64,000 nucleotides of DNA, from contig OX597817.1 of NCBI GenBank assembly GCA_951406725.2, positions 29,636,001-29,700,000 on the forward strand, written 5' to 3'. Position 1 is the stretch's first letter. Each line of letters starts with the position of its first letter. This document shows, piece by piece, positions 39,221 to 53,397 of the stretch. The position numbers and the translations under genes were made by a program. Source of the stretch: Octopus vulgaris (taxonomy: Eukaryota). The notes beneath the pieces were generated by a model that saw only the letters and a program-made list of their open reading frames with translations, made no database searches and was not told the DNA's origin.

Positions 39221-39615
39221 CTTGTACATGTGTATACACTCATACGTGTGTATGTAGTATTAAGTTATTTACCATTTATTTGTAATCATTTTTTGCTGTT
39301 TACTTACAGGGCCTCGGAGGGCTAGTGAGAAGGAATTACTGACAACGCGAGACCTGGCCCGAATGCTTGCAACAGAGTAAATTATCTACAGGCGCATAGG
39401 GATCACATGACTGCTAAACAGTGGCGGATCAATATTACCACCTTAGAACTCTGAATACTAACCAGAAGAAACTACAAGGCATCTCGTTCGAAGGCTCTAA
39501 CAATTCTGATAATGTACCTCCAGGGACCGGTACATTATTTATCTAATCGAAATACAAAAAGGCAGTGTTGTCCTCGAGATAATGTGAAATCAGAGAGTAG
39601 AAGTACAACAATATA

Positions 39616-39721
<106 letters not shown>

Positions 39722-39827
39722 CATTATTGCTAAAAACGGTAAGACAACAAAAGAAAGGGACCTCGATATTATACAAATAGAAGAATGTATCTGTAAATGT
39801 AATATGTCACAATTATTCGGTAGCCAT

Positions 39828-39887
39828 GATAAACTCCGAGTTTCGGATGTCGGGGTGGCAATCCACGCCGCCATCTCATCAGTTATC
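39828..39887 (-). ncRNA. Degenerate hammerhead-like motif in a Penelope-LTR-like repeat
   Basis: GATAA-CTGATGA-GATGGCGGCGTGG(attg)CCACCCCGACATCC-GAAA-CTCGGAG-TT-TATC. The core is intact but stem registers are off by one nucleotide. Confidence 0.45.
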
Positions 39888-40479
39888 CGGCCATTAGAAA
39901 AAATGCTATGAAAATAACCGTTAAACAAACAGAAATTACTGTGTGATTTACCGTTGTTAAGACAAAAGAGCTATTTGAATGGCCGCTAAGTGAGGGGAGA
40001 GAGTAAAAATAAGGGGGTTAAAAATGTTCATAGTATTCGTGTAAGCGCGCATGTCCATACCTATACATACGCGCCCGCACACCCACATACATGCGCCTAT
40101 AAGTCTACACTCACCCACCCTCACTTGAAACACACACATTCTCACCCACACCATTCGCCAAAAAAAAAAATATATATATACAATCTCACACACACACACA
40201 CGCGCGCGCACCAAAAAGGTTCATACACATGTCTATACACGCACATGCACAAGAAAAAACATGGCTAAGGGCAAAAATACAAAAAAAAGTGTAAAGAAGT
40301 ATAAAAAATAAGCAATAAGAGTAAAACACGTCTATATACGCACATACCCGTATGCGCTCAAATACGCATGTCTATATATGCACATACCTGCATACGTCTA
40401 TACACGCACACACTACATTTACAGATATATATAATGAATGTAGGCATATACATGTATGAAGTAAATAGACAAATACACC

Positions 40480-40830
40480 GGCTCTGGTCGATACTTAATC
40501 GACCCTAGAAAGGTGAAAGGCAAAATTAAACAATTAAACTCAGAATATAGAAAGCCAGAACATACACAGCAAAGCATTTTCTCCGGTGCTCTACTGTTCA
40601 GCAAATAGATGGACCTCAAATGTTTCTAAATTGGAAACAAAGCTCGAAACGTTTTGTAGAAGTGAGGAACAGCGGATTATACCAACTCCATTTCTTGAAT
40701 GATACTTTATTTTATTAACCTCGGAGGAATGAAACGCAAAGTTGATCTGTGCGAGATTTGAACTAAGAATGCAAATTTCCGGAAGAAGTGCCATAAAGCA
40801 CGTGACTCCCTAAGTATTCTACCAATTCAC
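40480..40830 (-). mobile_element. Two diverged family B-like SINE remnants
   Basis: TCGACCCTAGAAAGGTGAAAGGCAAA and CCTCGGAGGAATGAAACGCAAAGTTGATCTGTGCGAGATTTGAACT. Confidence 0.55.
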
Positions 40831-41085
40831 CAATTCCCTAATTCGTCGCCTGATGGATGAAGAACTCCTATTCTTCCATTTCCGCTTTTCCTTTCACACT
40901 CACTCACACATAATGTCTACTACCAAAGTTATATCAAGTCAATGAAGGAACGAAACACAACGCGTTCAATCGACTTGATGGAAATATCTGAGGAATAACT
41001 TACAACTCATGCGCAATCAGAATAATGTAGTCTCTCGTACATTATGCTTAAAAATTGACGGGAAGGATAATGGCTTGAATAGCTT

Positions 41086-41506
41086 GGATCTTTTCGGTTT
41101 GAACAGCAGTTTTTTCTAGCGGTGTCATATGGAATTGTCACCCATAATCATGACCCTAGTATCGATCTATTGCATTTCAATCTGTTTTAGGGTTAGGGTT
41201 AGTTAGGGGTGGGGGAAGGGTATCTTTTTTTCTTCACAAATGTAAATAAACCCAATCTGTTTCTTAAACGAGGGACATATTCATACGGCACAGTATGTTT
41301 TCACCTCAATAGACGTCATTGATTGGTTGAAATTGCAGAAATTGAAGACAAAAAAACAACAAATATCTTACAAACTATAGAATTTTCACAATAAAGCCAA
41401 GAGAAAAAGATGTTTTATAAACACATTCTACCAATATACGAAGTTTAAAAGTGTTTAGTTACGTGGAACTTATTTTTAAAAACTGCTGTTCAAACCGAAA
41501 AGATCC
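41086..41506. mobile_element. 421-bp MITE with perfect 29-bp TIRs and 8-bp TSD (Merlin-like)
   Basis: TIR GGATCTTTTCGGTTTGAACAGCAGTTTTT and AAAAACTGCTGTTCAAACCGAAAAGATCC. TSD AATAGCTT at 41078-41085 and 41507-41514. Internal TTAGGGTTAGGGTTAGTTAGGGG. The superfamily is inferred from GG termini plus 8-bp TSD. Confidence 0.9.
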
Positions 41507-42062
41507 AATAGCTTTGATTCAATGAGTTGGCCTGGAGTTAATTACAAAAATAGGAGAAAAAAAACCCCTACAAACAACGAAGTTTAATAACCAAGATGGT
41601 ATTAAGCTTTAATTCGAAAACTTCAGGACTGAATGGTCGATAGGGAAAATATAAGGAAATGTTTATTGAATTACGTTAAAGCTAAATAATCCTGTTTTAT
41701 CTGCTTAGGTTTGCATGACGTCTGTCTGCGATATCTCCTGCTTACAAAGCGATAAATGAACACATGATAATCAACACAACATTCAGATGTATAAACGTAA
41801 TTGAGTAAGAAGTTCATTACTTGTAAAACATTACACACTTCGATACTGTAAGTATCAATGTTGCTTGAGCTGTATCTATAAAATAAATAATATCATTGCT
41901 GGCTGATACCGTCATAAGTAACTGAAATCTGATGCCGGCAGTTAAATGTAAGAAGCAAAGATGTTTTCCAAATCTGATCAACACAGAATACATATTGGTT
42001 ATTCAGTGCTGCTTAGTTTATGTTCTTATTCTGTTGTGTGGTACAAAAAGCAAATATCACTC

Positions 42063-42063
<1 letters not shown>

Positions 42064-42093
<30 letters not shown>

Positions 42094-42690
42094 TGTATGT
42101 ATGTATGTATGTATGTATGTATGTATGTATGTATGTATGTATGTATGTATGTATGTATGTATGTGTGAAGGCGCGTGGCTTAGTGGTTAGGGGCATTCGG
42201 CTCATGATCGTAAGGTCGTGAGTTCAATTCCCGGCGGCGCGTTGTGTCCTTGAGCAAGATACTTTATTTCATGTTGCTCCAGTCCACTCAGCTGGCAAAA
42301 ATGAGTAGTACCTGTATTTCAAAGGGTCAGCTTTGTCACACACTGTGTCACGCTGAATTTCCCCGAGAACTATGTTAAGAGTACACGTGTCTGTGGAATG
42401 CTCAGCCACTTACACGTTAATTTCATGAGTAAGCTGTTCCGTTGATCGTATCAGCTGGGACCCTCGTCGTCGTAACCGACGGAGTGCTCCATGTATGTAT
42501 GTATGTATGTATGTATGTATGTATGTATGTATGTATGCATGCATGTATGTATGTATGTATGTATGTATGTATGTATGTATGTATGTATGTATGTTTGTAT
42601 GTATGTATGTATGTATGTATGTATGCATGCATGTATGTATGTATGTATGTATGTATGTATGTATGTATGTATGTATGTATGTATGTGTGT
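42064..42690. repeat. (ATGT)n microsatellite interrupted by a SINE
   Basis: Read directly from the sequence. Confidence 0.95.
42167..42491 (+). mobile_element. tRNA/CORE-like SINE carrying the family A 3' tail
   Basis: Head and centre resemble 5521-5668. From ~42308 (GTACCTGTATTTCAAAGGG…CGACGGAGTGCTCCA) it matches family A. Confidence 0.88.
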
Positions 42691-44787
42691 GTACATGCGC
42701 ATGCAAGTATGTTTCTAAATACCGTTTCTTAAAAAAAGTTATCAGTTTGATTTCTTTCGTTTTAATGACTGAATGGAAAATATTAGCCAAAAGACAGAAA
42801 AAGATTTCTAGTACTGTGCTGCCAGAGAATAAGGATTTATTAAAGATTTTTTATCTAAAGCCTAAAATAGTACGGGGGTAGTAACTGGCAACGTAGATGA
42901 AATTACGCTCATAGTGCAACGAACGAGACTTAGAAAAAAGATTGAAGGTCAATGAGTGACTTTAGAGTGTTGGCCATTAAATAATATCCAGTTAAGCGAC
43001 AAAGTATATCTGGATATTGTTCAGAGAATTTGTCATATGAATAGGCGATGTAAACTTACCTTGTGGGTAGAAATTAAGAGAATGGTATATTTTAAGTTTT
43101 ATTTTCATCAACAGTTATTTGGAATAAGGTATTTCCTAGCTCATTGAAAGCAATGTAATATTGGTTATATAAAGATATTGTGATCCTTGACAATCCAACA
43201 TTAATATTAAATCTTTATATGTGCAGAGCGTTGATTTTTAATTGATCATGGCAAGTGAGAATGTAGTGAAGGATATTCAAAGAAGTGAATTGACTGATTT
43301 TGGGCGCCGTTTAAAAATTTCAGAATTTTCCTGAATTGTTTGCAAAAGATACGCTTCCGAGATATGATGACATTTGGGTGCCCTCTCGAATGTGTGTGTG
43401 CATATATATATATATATATGTTTAGAAGCAGCACCGACTCTCGTGATCAATACTCTAATGTAGATTTGACTTTATCTTTGGTAGAGGACCAGTGATTTTA
43501 AAGGCTGCTGAAGTCGAGCAACAATAAGGAGAATGAAATCCTAAGCACTTTCTTTGATATCTGCATTGGTTCAGTCTTGCCTTGGTGTTGTGAAAAGAAA
43601 CTAGTTTGACAAGCTTTTATTTAAAGGTGTTTCTGGGGTGCCACTTCATAGAATCAGTTTAAATTCAATACTGTGCCTCGACTGCATTCAGATGGTGTGT
43701 GCGGGTGTTATTAGAATATATATTTTAAAATGTTACTGCTAGAAGGTTATCAACATGCAGCATAGAACATCGGGGAGAAAACCAAACTTGAGGGTATCCA
43801 AGTAAAATGTAGTTCAGAGAGAGCTTCGATTCGAGCACATGCTCTGCAATGCACGGTCTAACACAAAGTTTCCACTATAAAAGATGGAATTCTTAGGAAG
43901 GGCATATACGGGCAACTAACAACTGTGATTATGCTGGTGAAGTCAGTACGTAAGTGTTCTATGAAGCTGGTTGTTGCATTTTTTATCACAAACTGCATTA
44001 CTGTGGTAAAGCCTCCAATATTTTACATTTAAAATGCTAAAGTTCTGAATATTAGTTTTGGAATTCAAATCCAGTAACAATAATCCTTTTCTTCCAACTG
44101 AAATTGAACATGTATCCTTTTTCTTAACAACAGAACTTACAAATTAAGTTATTTCAAACATTGCATTGTATAAGTTAATTTTTATTAACGCATAAACATG
44201 CGATAGTTTTGAATAGTAGTTAGAACCACATAATAATTGTTTTAAGCAATTCTATGACGGTGAGAAATGATTATAATCGATTTAATTAGTCGCAGCACTT
44301 GACTGGTACACATTTAATCAGAGCTCTGATAACGAAAGACAAAATTAGCTTAAATAGTATTTGTTAAGAGGTATAAGTAAAGTAGTTTTCACAATTTCCG
44401 AAAAACCATCTCTCTCTGAATTCCATAAATGTTAATATTACTTTATAAGTATCTCATCCTCGCATTTATCTTTTCCTTTAAATCTGAGGAGCAAAGCCAA
44501 TGTCAGATTTGCTCACAGCATGCTATTAATAAGACATTAAGCTGAAAAGATTAAGCAAAAGTGCAAAAAAGAAAAGAAATCACAAGGATCATATATTTTT
44601 TTCATGCTTTCATAGATAGATAAGTTGGACGGTTCCCCTAAGTAAAATATATGCTTCTTTTCATAGAGAGAAGTACAGTTCTGTTTGAAACATCAGTAAT
44701 TTTCTTCTCTTCACTCCACACTGACTTATTCCATTTCAGAAGCTTGGTTGGATTATGGATTAGATTCACTTCGTAAACACAGCACTT

Positions 44788-44824
<37 letters not shown>

Positions 44825-44838
44825 CCACTACCACCACC

Positions 44839-44917
<79 letters not shown>

Positions 44918-45063
44918 ATATCATCATCATCATCACCACCACCACCACCACCACCATCATTACCACCATTACCACCACCACCACCACCACCACCACCACC
45001 ACCATCATCATCATCATCCTCATCATCATCATCATCACTAGTAGTAGTAGTAGTAGTAGTAGT
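44788..45063. repeat. (CAT/CAC)n then (TAG)n microsatellite
   Basis: Read directly from the sequence. Confidence 0.95.
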
Positions 45064-46563
45064 TTAAAACGCATTTACGTCATGCTGCCATAGCTTCACC
45101 AATTTAGTCAACAGTATATCACCGGCCACTGCTTTCCAGCAATTCCCAAACGACAGATCTAATCATCTCTACTTACGTCTACCTATCACTATCTCTACTC
45201 TGGCTTCCTTCTGCTAACAACCCACTGCTCTTTTCTGCTCAAAGTGTTTTGGTCATTCATATTACAGACAATATCATTACGCATTCGACCAACTCATCCA
45301 ATATAATTTCAAAAATAATGACTACATATTCTGGTAGCAGTAAGATAGGCGTCATTCAATTCTCCTCTCAACAAGGGGAAATATTCTATTCCCACGAGGC
45401 CAATACCTTACTGATTAGAGTACAATGACATTATAAAACAGTATATTTATTTATTCATTCTTTGTCGACTCTTTTTTTTTTTAATTCATATTGAAAGTTT
45501 ATCATAACACGGTAAGCTACCATAATTTTGACATGACAACAATACAATCGAAAGATAGTACGAGTAGAATTAACAAACTGCTGTGTTGTCATTGAAACAA
45601 CTTAATGGGAATATTCTTACGAGAAAGACTTGTCTTCAGAGCAGCCAGTTTGGCTGAAAAGGAAATTAATAATGGAATAAATTGAAATGATTAAGAGATA
45701 GAGCTGACTTAGAGTTTGTGTATCTGCTCGGTAAGTAGATAAGATTGTGTTGTGGAAGGATGGCGGTACTGTTACTGATATGACACAATGTGATCAATAG
45801 TACTCAGTCTTGACACTGTCAAATGTTTTAATTTAGATATAAGCCCTTTTACACTCTATTGTCTCTTTCTCTGACCTTCTGAATAGAAATCTAATTGGAA
45901 TTGGCCAGTTTGATGAAGTAATAATTTTATTATACGTAGATAATGTAATATAGTAGGAATGGTTAATTTTGATGCTTGTTCATTAAATTATATATTTTTC
46001 ATAACCATGTTCTGAATAAATAAGGAAACTTAGCCAAAATAAGATTAAATTGAAAACGAAGATAATGATGCATTTCTGTGTACTTGTGTGTAAAAGTGAA
46101 TAATGGGTTTGAAAATGTGTGTATGTTTTTTGTGTGTGTTTACATATAGATATATAAAAGAGAATAAAGCACACATACATATTGTAAAGGAATTTACAAT
46201 GTATAGATTAATTCATCGTAACTGATAGTTTCATATCCGACAATATTTAGACGATAAGAAAGGTATCTTCTACGATGGGCAAAACTGTATGATTAAACCT
46301 CCTCAACAAAGATTGTATTACTAGTATTTATAGAGAATTTTATCTTAATGAAAGAGCAATAGCCAATGTTTCGCAGGCTTTCCAAACCTGATAGACGCAG
46401 ACAGATGCAGTTTACGTTCCTCTTGAACTATTACAAATAGAGAGCTGTGGGGGAACGATCCGTACAGGGAAAGAATTCCAGAATGCCAAAGTTCTAAGGA
46501 GAAAGAACTGGACTTATTAGTTTGTGCAGGGTCTGACGGTAGATACAATATAGGTAACGATAC

Positions 46564-46791
46564 GGCGAGCTGGCAGAAACGTTAGCACGCCGGGCGAAAT
46601 GCTTAGCGGTATTTCGTCTGCCGCTACGTTTTGAGTTCAAACTCCGCCGAGGTCGACTTTGCCTTTCATCCTTTCGGGGTCGATTAAATAAGTACCAGTT
46701 ACGCACTGGGGTCGATATAATCGGCTTAATCCGTTTGTCTGTCTTTATTTGTCATCTCTGTGTTTCGCCCCTTGTGGGTAGTAAAGAAATG
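46564..46791 (+). mobile_element. SINE family B, monomer
   Basis: Close to the consensus of the other copies. TSD GGTAACGATACG at 46553-46564 and 46792-46803. Confidence 0.92.
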
Positions 46792-47841
46792 GGTAACGAT
46801 ACGAGAATAGGCGAGTGAGTTGGGATTACCAGAGTAGCGAAATAGCAAGACGAGCTAGCTCTGAAGAGCAGTGGCCACAATTGTAACGATACAAAAGAGG
46901 AGATAACATTTATATATATAAGTGATAGGAGTGTGATTGTGAGCAACTTCACGCCAATCGATGAAATAACTTTTCTTAATGCAGTCTGGGATTACTCTGT
47001 GTATAACAGCAGTACTATGCCAGATGTGCATGCTGTACTTCGTGATGGGTCTCATTAGCTTTATAGAGAGATTTAGTAGTTGCTGGAGACTAAATTGTAT
47101 TCTGACTCAAGAAAAGTAAGGTGGGTCTTTTAATGCAATTTTGGCTTTTTTGAGATTGTGCATTTGCCAAGATAGAACATTAGTGATGGAAAGGCCTGGT
47201 ATTTTTAGCGACATTAAGGAGGCTTCTTTAAGTTCAAGTTTAAGAAACAGTCGATAATGTTTAATGGCTAAGTGTAGTAAAAGTACCTTTGGGCTGCTGA
47301 AAGATACAACAGGTATGGTTCAGTTGGAGGATCATTGATAAATTTCTATAAGACTGTGCCGTTTTAGCATAATGTGTAGAAAGAATACTGCGGAAACAAA
47401 ACCGAAACCTGCGGAGTGCCAGAATTGATGGAGTATACGTTAAAGAAAGCAGTCCATCAGTTCTTTATAGGAGTCATTATTACAGCATTATCATAGCCTT
47501 GTATATTGTAGAGCATTTGTGTTGTATTTGCGGGTTGTGTTACGTAGCTATAAGCGCGAGTGGTCGGTGGTTTCGTTATGCGTGGTGGATCGGGTGAAGG
47601 AGAAGGAGATTTGGGTGTCTACTGTGGCGGATTTGGTGTGTTGATTTCTTTTTTGTTTTCGTTACTGTTGTGTTGTTATATTTAGGTTATGGAGTTGTAC
47701 AAGGTTTAAATGTTATAAACTAAATGAGTGTTGGGATTGGGATTGCAGAGTATGAGAGAGTTGCTGGAGCCTGAAACTGAGTTTGCAGAAAAACAGAATG
47801 TTTCTTTGTTCATAATGAGTAAATGTGCTGAGAAAGTTAAT

Positions 47842-48261
47842 ATATTTCTTTACTGCCCACAAGGGGCTACATACAGAGGAGACAAACAAGGACAGACAAA
47901 CGGATTAAGTCGATTACATCGACCCCACTGCGCAACTGGTTCTTAATTTATCGACCCCGAAAGGATGAAAGGCAAAGTCGACCTCGGCGGAATTTGACCT
48001 CAGAACATAAAGACAGACGAAATACTTATTTCTTTATTACCCACAAGGGGCTAAACACAGAGGGGACAAACAAGGACATACATAAGTATTAAGTCGATTA
48101 CATCGACCCCAGTGCGTAACTGGTACTTAATTTATCGACCCCGAAAGGATGAAAGGCAAAGTCGACCTCGGCGGAATTTGAACTCACAACGTAACGCAGA
48201 CGAAATACCGCTAAGCATTTCGCCCGGCGTGCTAACGTTTCTGCCAGCTCACCGCCTTCTA
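47842..48261 (-). mobile_element. SINE family B dimer
   Basis: Two tandem modules inside one TSD, TGAGAAAGTTAAT, at 47829-47841 and 48262-48274. Confidence 0.9.
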
Positions 48262-50717
48262 TGAGAAAGTTAATGTATTTAACTTCTCGGTGAAGTAAAG
48301 GTTATATCTGCTACCTCCAGAAATTATACAAGCACGCACGCACGCACGCGCGCACACACACACATACACAAACACACTCACAAACACACACACACACACA
48401 CACACACATTTCAAAAGAATGTCAGTGCAATGTGTTTATACCGTAATTTCATTCTTTTAATCAGGAAAAACGAGTGTTTAAGTTCAAGTTTAAGAAACGG
48501 TCGGTAATGTTTAATGGCTAAGTATCAATTTTAAGGCTCAGAAGTTCATAGCACTTTCAACATTTTCTCAATGACATATTTTAATTTTTGACCAAATTCC
48601 TTTTGTTATGTATCTTCTCAGTTGCATAACTGAGATATACAAACATTTTCAGAAAATATACGCATGTGTAACAACTTGAAAGAATGATTGAGTGTGTTAG
48701 CATCAAGTCAACTCTTCATTCTTTATGCAGTAATCTTCCATGGATATGATCCTCTACCCTTTCTTTTTTTTACATGTTAAATACAGTTCCGTATTATTTG
48801 AAAGTGACATTTCTCTCTATATCTTTCATGGAATCTCTTTTATTGAAAGTAAAGTATTTGTGTAATTTGTTTTTCTTTTCGTATAAATTTTTGATAATTC
48901 TTTAAGAAAGGAAATCAGAATAAGCAATATACTAAAACACATCTGTACATCAATATTTCTGGGGTTTTTAGTTTTCTTTAATAAGACAGGTCATTATAGA
49001 AAAGACAAGAAAAGAAATCCAATTTCAAAGTATGCTTAACGCAACTGCATAAGCTCTGTAGTTTGCATAAGCTCTGTAGTTTGCATAAAGCACTTTGTAT
49101 GTGAATGTCTTCTGAAATTTACTGCACATAGGTGACATAAAAAGTATGATTAGAAAGAGAGTAAAGTATAAAAGTAAAAGAAACAAGATGGAGATATTAC
49201 GACAGATCTTATTCCCCAATTTTTTCTTGTCACAATAACAAAACTGAAAATTAAATTGATTTGATTACTTGCAGTGAAAAATGAGAAATAAATGAATGTT
49301 TCATATTTATTTTTATGATATCTCGTTTCTTCTAAAACACATTTTATAAAATTTGATCTCTAGAAAATTTGTGTTCACAAAATATTCGACAAAATATTTG
49401 GTGTCCTTAATTCTAAGGACTCCAAGTATATGTGTTAGTTTACATAAATTTCATCATGATTCAAATAAGAATTTATTTCCAATAAGATTCATAGGCTCGG
49501 TGAAGAAAGGTGAAATAATAAATTGTTGTTAAAATTACAAACTAAAAGAAAAATCGGAAAACTATGGAATAAACATAACCGAAAATGAAATAGACGAATC
49601 ATATCTTATGAACCCTTTCAATTTTAGCATACGATTTGTGGCGACATAGTATTGAACATTTCACCTATATGATCTATAGCAAGAAGATTGGAATTGTAAA
49701 AGATTTTTCATTCATCTTCCGAAAGAAGAAGAATAAGGAGAGAAAATTGCTTCAGAATTAAATACCGAGACACTGAGCCATTACATAGTTAACCATTGCT
49801 GTATTATGCTCACCAGTAGCATGATAAATAATATAAATTTACGTGATTTTGAGAAATCGTTTACCATATAGTAAATCATCGTTATCTTAAAACCACATCA
49901 AATTACAAGTTTATAAATTAAGAAATCCAAATATGCAACACCTATTTCCCTCCGATCATCCAAGAATTTTTTCGTCTTTCTTTTTCATTCTTTAATTAAA
50001 TATTTTGTTCAACTGTTTCTACTGTGAAATTTCATAGTTTGCATTAAAATGCGTAACCGAAGCAAATTGAAAGGTATTATATTACGAAAAGTATGAAAAG
50101 TAGCATACATAATTACAAGCCCTACAGTGTGTAGAACTCTTTCAGACACTGCATGCTTCATATGCTACGATTGGCTTTCAACTACATTGTGTTATTCAAG
50201 TGTGTGAATAGCATTGCATATAAGAGTTTAAAACAGCTTGTACTTAATTTCTATAAAGTATAAACGCGAATATGATATCAATATAAAGTATTTTTCATTA
50301 TTAGTCAAATAATTACTTATTTTTAATGTATATGACGACATTCAAAGAACGCTTACGCTGGTGTAGAATATCTTAGTGACATTTCTAGATGTCCTCTCTG
50401 CCTTCAAAAATATTGACTTTTTGAATTATTATTTCCAGCCTTGTTCTTAAACAGTTAAAGTTACACTTGAATAGTTTTTTTTGAATATAAGTGACTTCAA
50501 TATATTTATATATTTATATATTGATCGTATTGGTACTTATAAGCTTTTTTCACTATGAAGAAAAGAATATTCTAATTCCCACGATCATACACCGATATTA
50601 TACATTGAAGTTATAATCTCTTTATTATATTTCCCTTCGTATTATGGTGACTGAAATATCACGAATGTTAGCATTTGATAAAAAAGTAATTGTAATATTT
50701 TATAGTATTAAAAATTA

Positions 50718-50935
50718 GGCGGAGAGGAAGTAGAATCGTTAGCACGCCGGGAAAAATGCTTAGTGGCATTCCATTCATCTTTACATTCTGAGTTCAAGCG
50801 CCATCGGGGTCGACTAGGCCTTTCATCCTTTCGGGGTCGATAAAATAAGTACCCGTTGAACATTGGGGTCGATGTAATCGACTTACTCATTCACCCGAAG
50901 TCGCTGGCCTTGTGTCAAAATTTGAAACCAATATT
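50718..50935 (+). mobile_element. SINE family B, older variant
   Basis: GAATCGTTAGCACGCCGGG…GGTCGACTAGGCCTTTCATCCTTTCGGGGTCGATAAAATAAGTACC. Confidence 0.85.
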
Positions 50936-51633
50936 TAAATGGCAAATCAGAGTAGAAATTACGTTGGCAGAGATTACTTAAGTGATGCCTTGTGATTTTC
51001 CAATATCACTTAAAAAACGGGATGGATGGGACTTGAGTTGTTTAACAACACATTGGTGATAAGAATTTTAAAAGGCTGTCAATAAGCGTAATGTTTGAGT
51101 AACTGTTTAGCAAATGTAAATAAAAAAAATCCAACATCTTAAAGATATGGTTACTTCCCCCACCCCCAGTCTATTTTTAATTAATAAATCATTAAATTCT
51201 CAGGTTGTTTACCCAGAATTTCTTGATCAAAGTTAATGATTACAATAAGAATTTCTTTTCATCACTAAGAGTATAATATTAATTAATTAAAATTTCTTTC
51301 TCCCGAGAATATGTATGTTTAGTGTTCATTTGATTAATAATAAAAATGCCATCACCAACAGATCTACAAAACATTTTCCCACAAATGTGGGAGATGAATC
51401 ACTGAATGGTCTTATATACCAAATAGTTGAACAGTCAATAAATTCTCAAGTAAGTCTTTTAAGCAAGTTTATTTTTTGGCATCAAAAACATAAATGTATT
51501 CGGTTTAAGTATAGTTGTCATGTTTGACTTCTACATGCATTTCTCTCACAAGGTCAAGTTGTTCAAATTCAATAATTCCAACGATATTGCCTCCTCTTAT
51601 TTACAAAGAAAAAAAAATTCATCATTACAGATA

Positions 51634-52048
51634 TTACTCTTTTACTCTTTTACTTGTTTCAGTCATTTGACTGCGGCCATGCTGGAGCACCGCCTTTAGT
51701 CGAGCAAATCGACCCCGGGACTTATTCTTTGTAAGCCCAGTACTTATTCTATCGGTCTCTTTTGCCGAATCGTTAAGTGACGGAGACGTAAACACACCAG
51801 CATCATCGGTTGTCAAGCAATGCTAGGGGGACAAACACAGACACACAAACATATACACACTTATATATACATATACATATATACGACAGGCTTCTTTCAG
51901 TTTCCGTCTACCAAATCCACTCACAAGGCATTGGTCGGCCCGGGGCTATAGCAGAGGACACTTTCCCAAGATGCCACGCAGTGGGACTGAACCCGGAACC
52001 ATGTGGTTGGTTAGCAAGCTACTTACCACACAGCCACTCCTGCGCCTA
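51634..52048 (-). mobile_element. SINE family C, full length
   Basis: Complete head-to-tail copy, nearly identical to 20941-21317, with a (GTAAAAGA)n tail. Confidence 0.92.
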
Positions 52049-52260
52049 TATGAGTACCTTCACTTGTCTTCGTCGTTGTTGCTGTTTAGCAGTCCCGTTC
52101 TTCTAATGGGATTTGTGCATCTCGATCTACATAATTCATTGCATCTCTGGATTCCAAAAGGAACCAGTTGGGCATTAAATGAGAGATACGTTTCTGCTAT
52201 TTCTAATAGGTCGAGCGACAATAAAGAAGTTCCCTCCTTGTCTTGCAGGAAGAATAATAC

Positions 52261-52492
52261 TTATTTCTTTATTACCCACAAGGGGCTAAACATAGAGGGG
52301 ACAAACAAGGACAGACATAGGTATTAAGTCGATTACATCGACTCCAGTGCGTAACTGGTACTTATTTAATCGACCCCGGAAGGATGAAACGCAAAGTCGA
52401 CCACGGCGGAATTTGAACTCAGAACGTAGAGACAGACGAAATACTGCTAAGCATTTCTCCCAGCGTGCTAACGATTCTGCCAGCTCGCCGCC
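52261..52492 (-). mobile_element. SINE family B, monomer
   Basis: 17-bp TSD TGCAGGAAGAATAATAC at 52244-52260 and 52493-52509. Confidence 0.93.
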
Positions 52493-53147
52493 TGCAGGAA
52501 GAATAATACGCATATTCATGAAGATTTCCAAAAGCAAAGATTAAAATATTTAAGCGAAGATGTATAAGGCAAACAAATCAAAGCACCGTGTAAAAATTTC
52601 AAAAACTGTGAGTAAAATAATGAGTGGAATCAAATTAAATTTATTGTTGATAGTGAAAACATGTTTACAAAAATAAAACGAAACGTGCATAGGCAAAAAG
52701 TGGGACTATGAGAAAGAAATCTTACATTAGTATTGTATCTCATATTCTTCCTCTTTGTATTGGCACGTTTCGCTTTGTCTAAGAATGTAAACAGATAGCG
52801 ATATAAAGGTCAATTTCTCTATCACCAAGAGTCGCTAATATGACTTTGATGCAAGATGATAGAGCCCGCTAGTAAATGACTTTCTATAGAATCTAAAGAA
52901 AAACTAGATAGGAGGGGAAAAAATTATTTACATTATTAACGCAGTTCTTCGAAAAGGGTTGTCATGGAAAGGCTTGGCAAACAATCTATGATAGGAAGTA
53001 TAACAATCCTCTCTAACGGTTTGTGACAAATTTATATAACCAGACGCTTATAAAACAGTTTGACGCCATTAAAAAAAATATTGCTTTGAAATTCTAGTTT
53101 CAGATAAGATAATTTTATTTCGGTGAATTGTTTTTACTGGCTGATAA

Positions 53148-53190
<43 letters not shown>

Positions 53191-53235
53191 AGTGTGCGTG
53201 TGCGTGTGTGCGCGTTGATATGCGCGTGCATATGC

Positions 53236-53267
<32 letters not shown>

Positions 53268-53351
53268 TATATATATATAATATGTATATATGAATATCTA
53301 TCTATAGATAGATAAATTTGGTTGATACCAATCTCTCTCTCTCATATATAC

Positions 53352-53397
<46 letters not shown>

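Noticed and set aside
41186-41220. Telomere or chromosome-fusion scar
   Set aside because: Only about three TTAGGG units, and they lie inside a TIR/TSD-bounded MITE.
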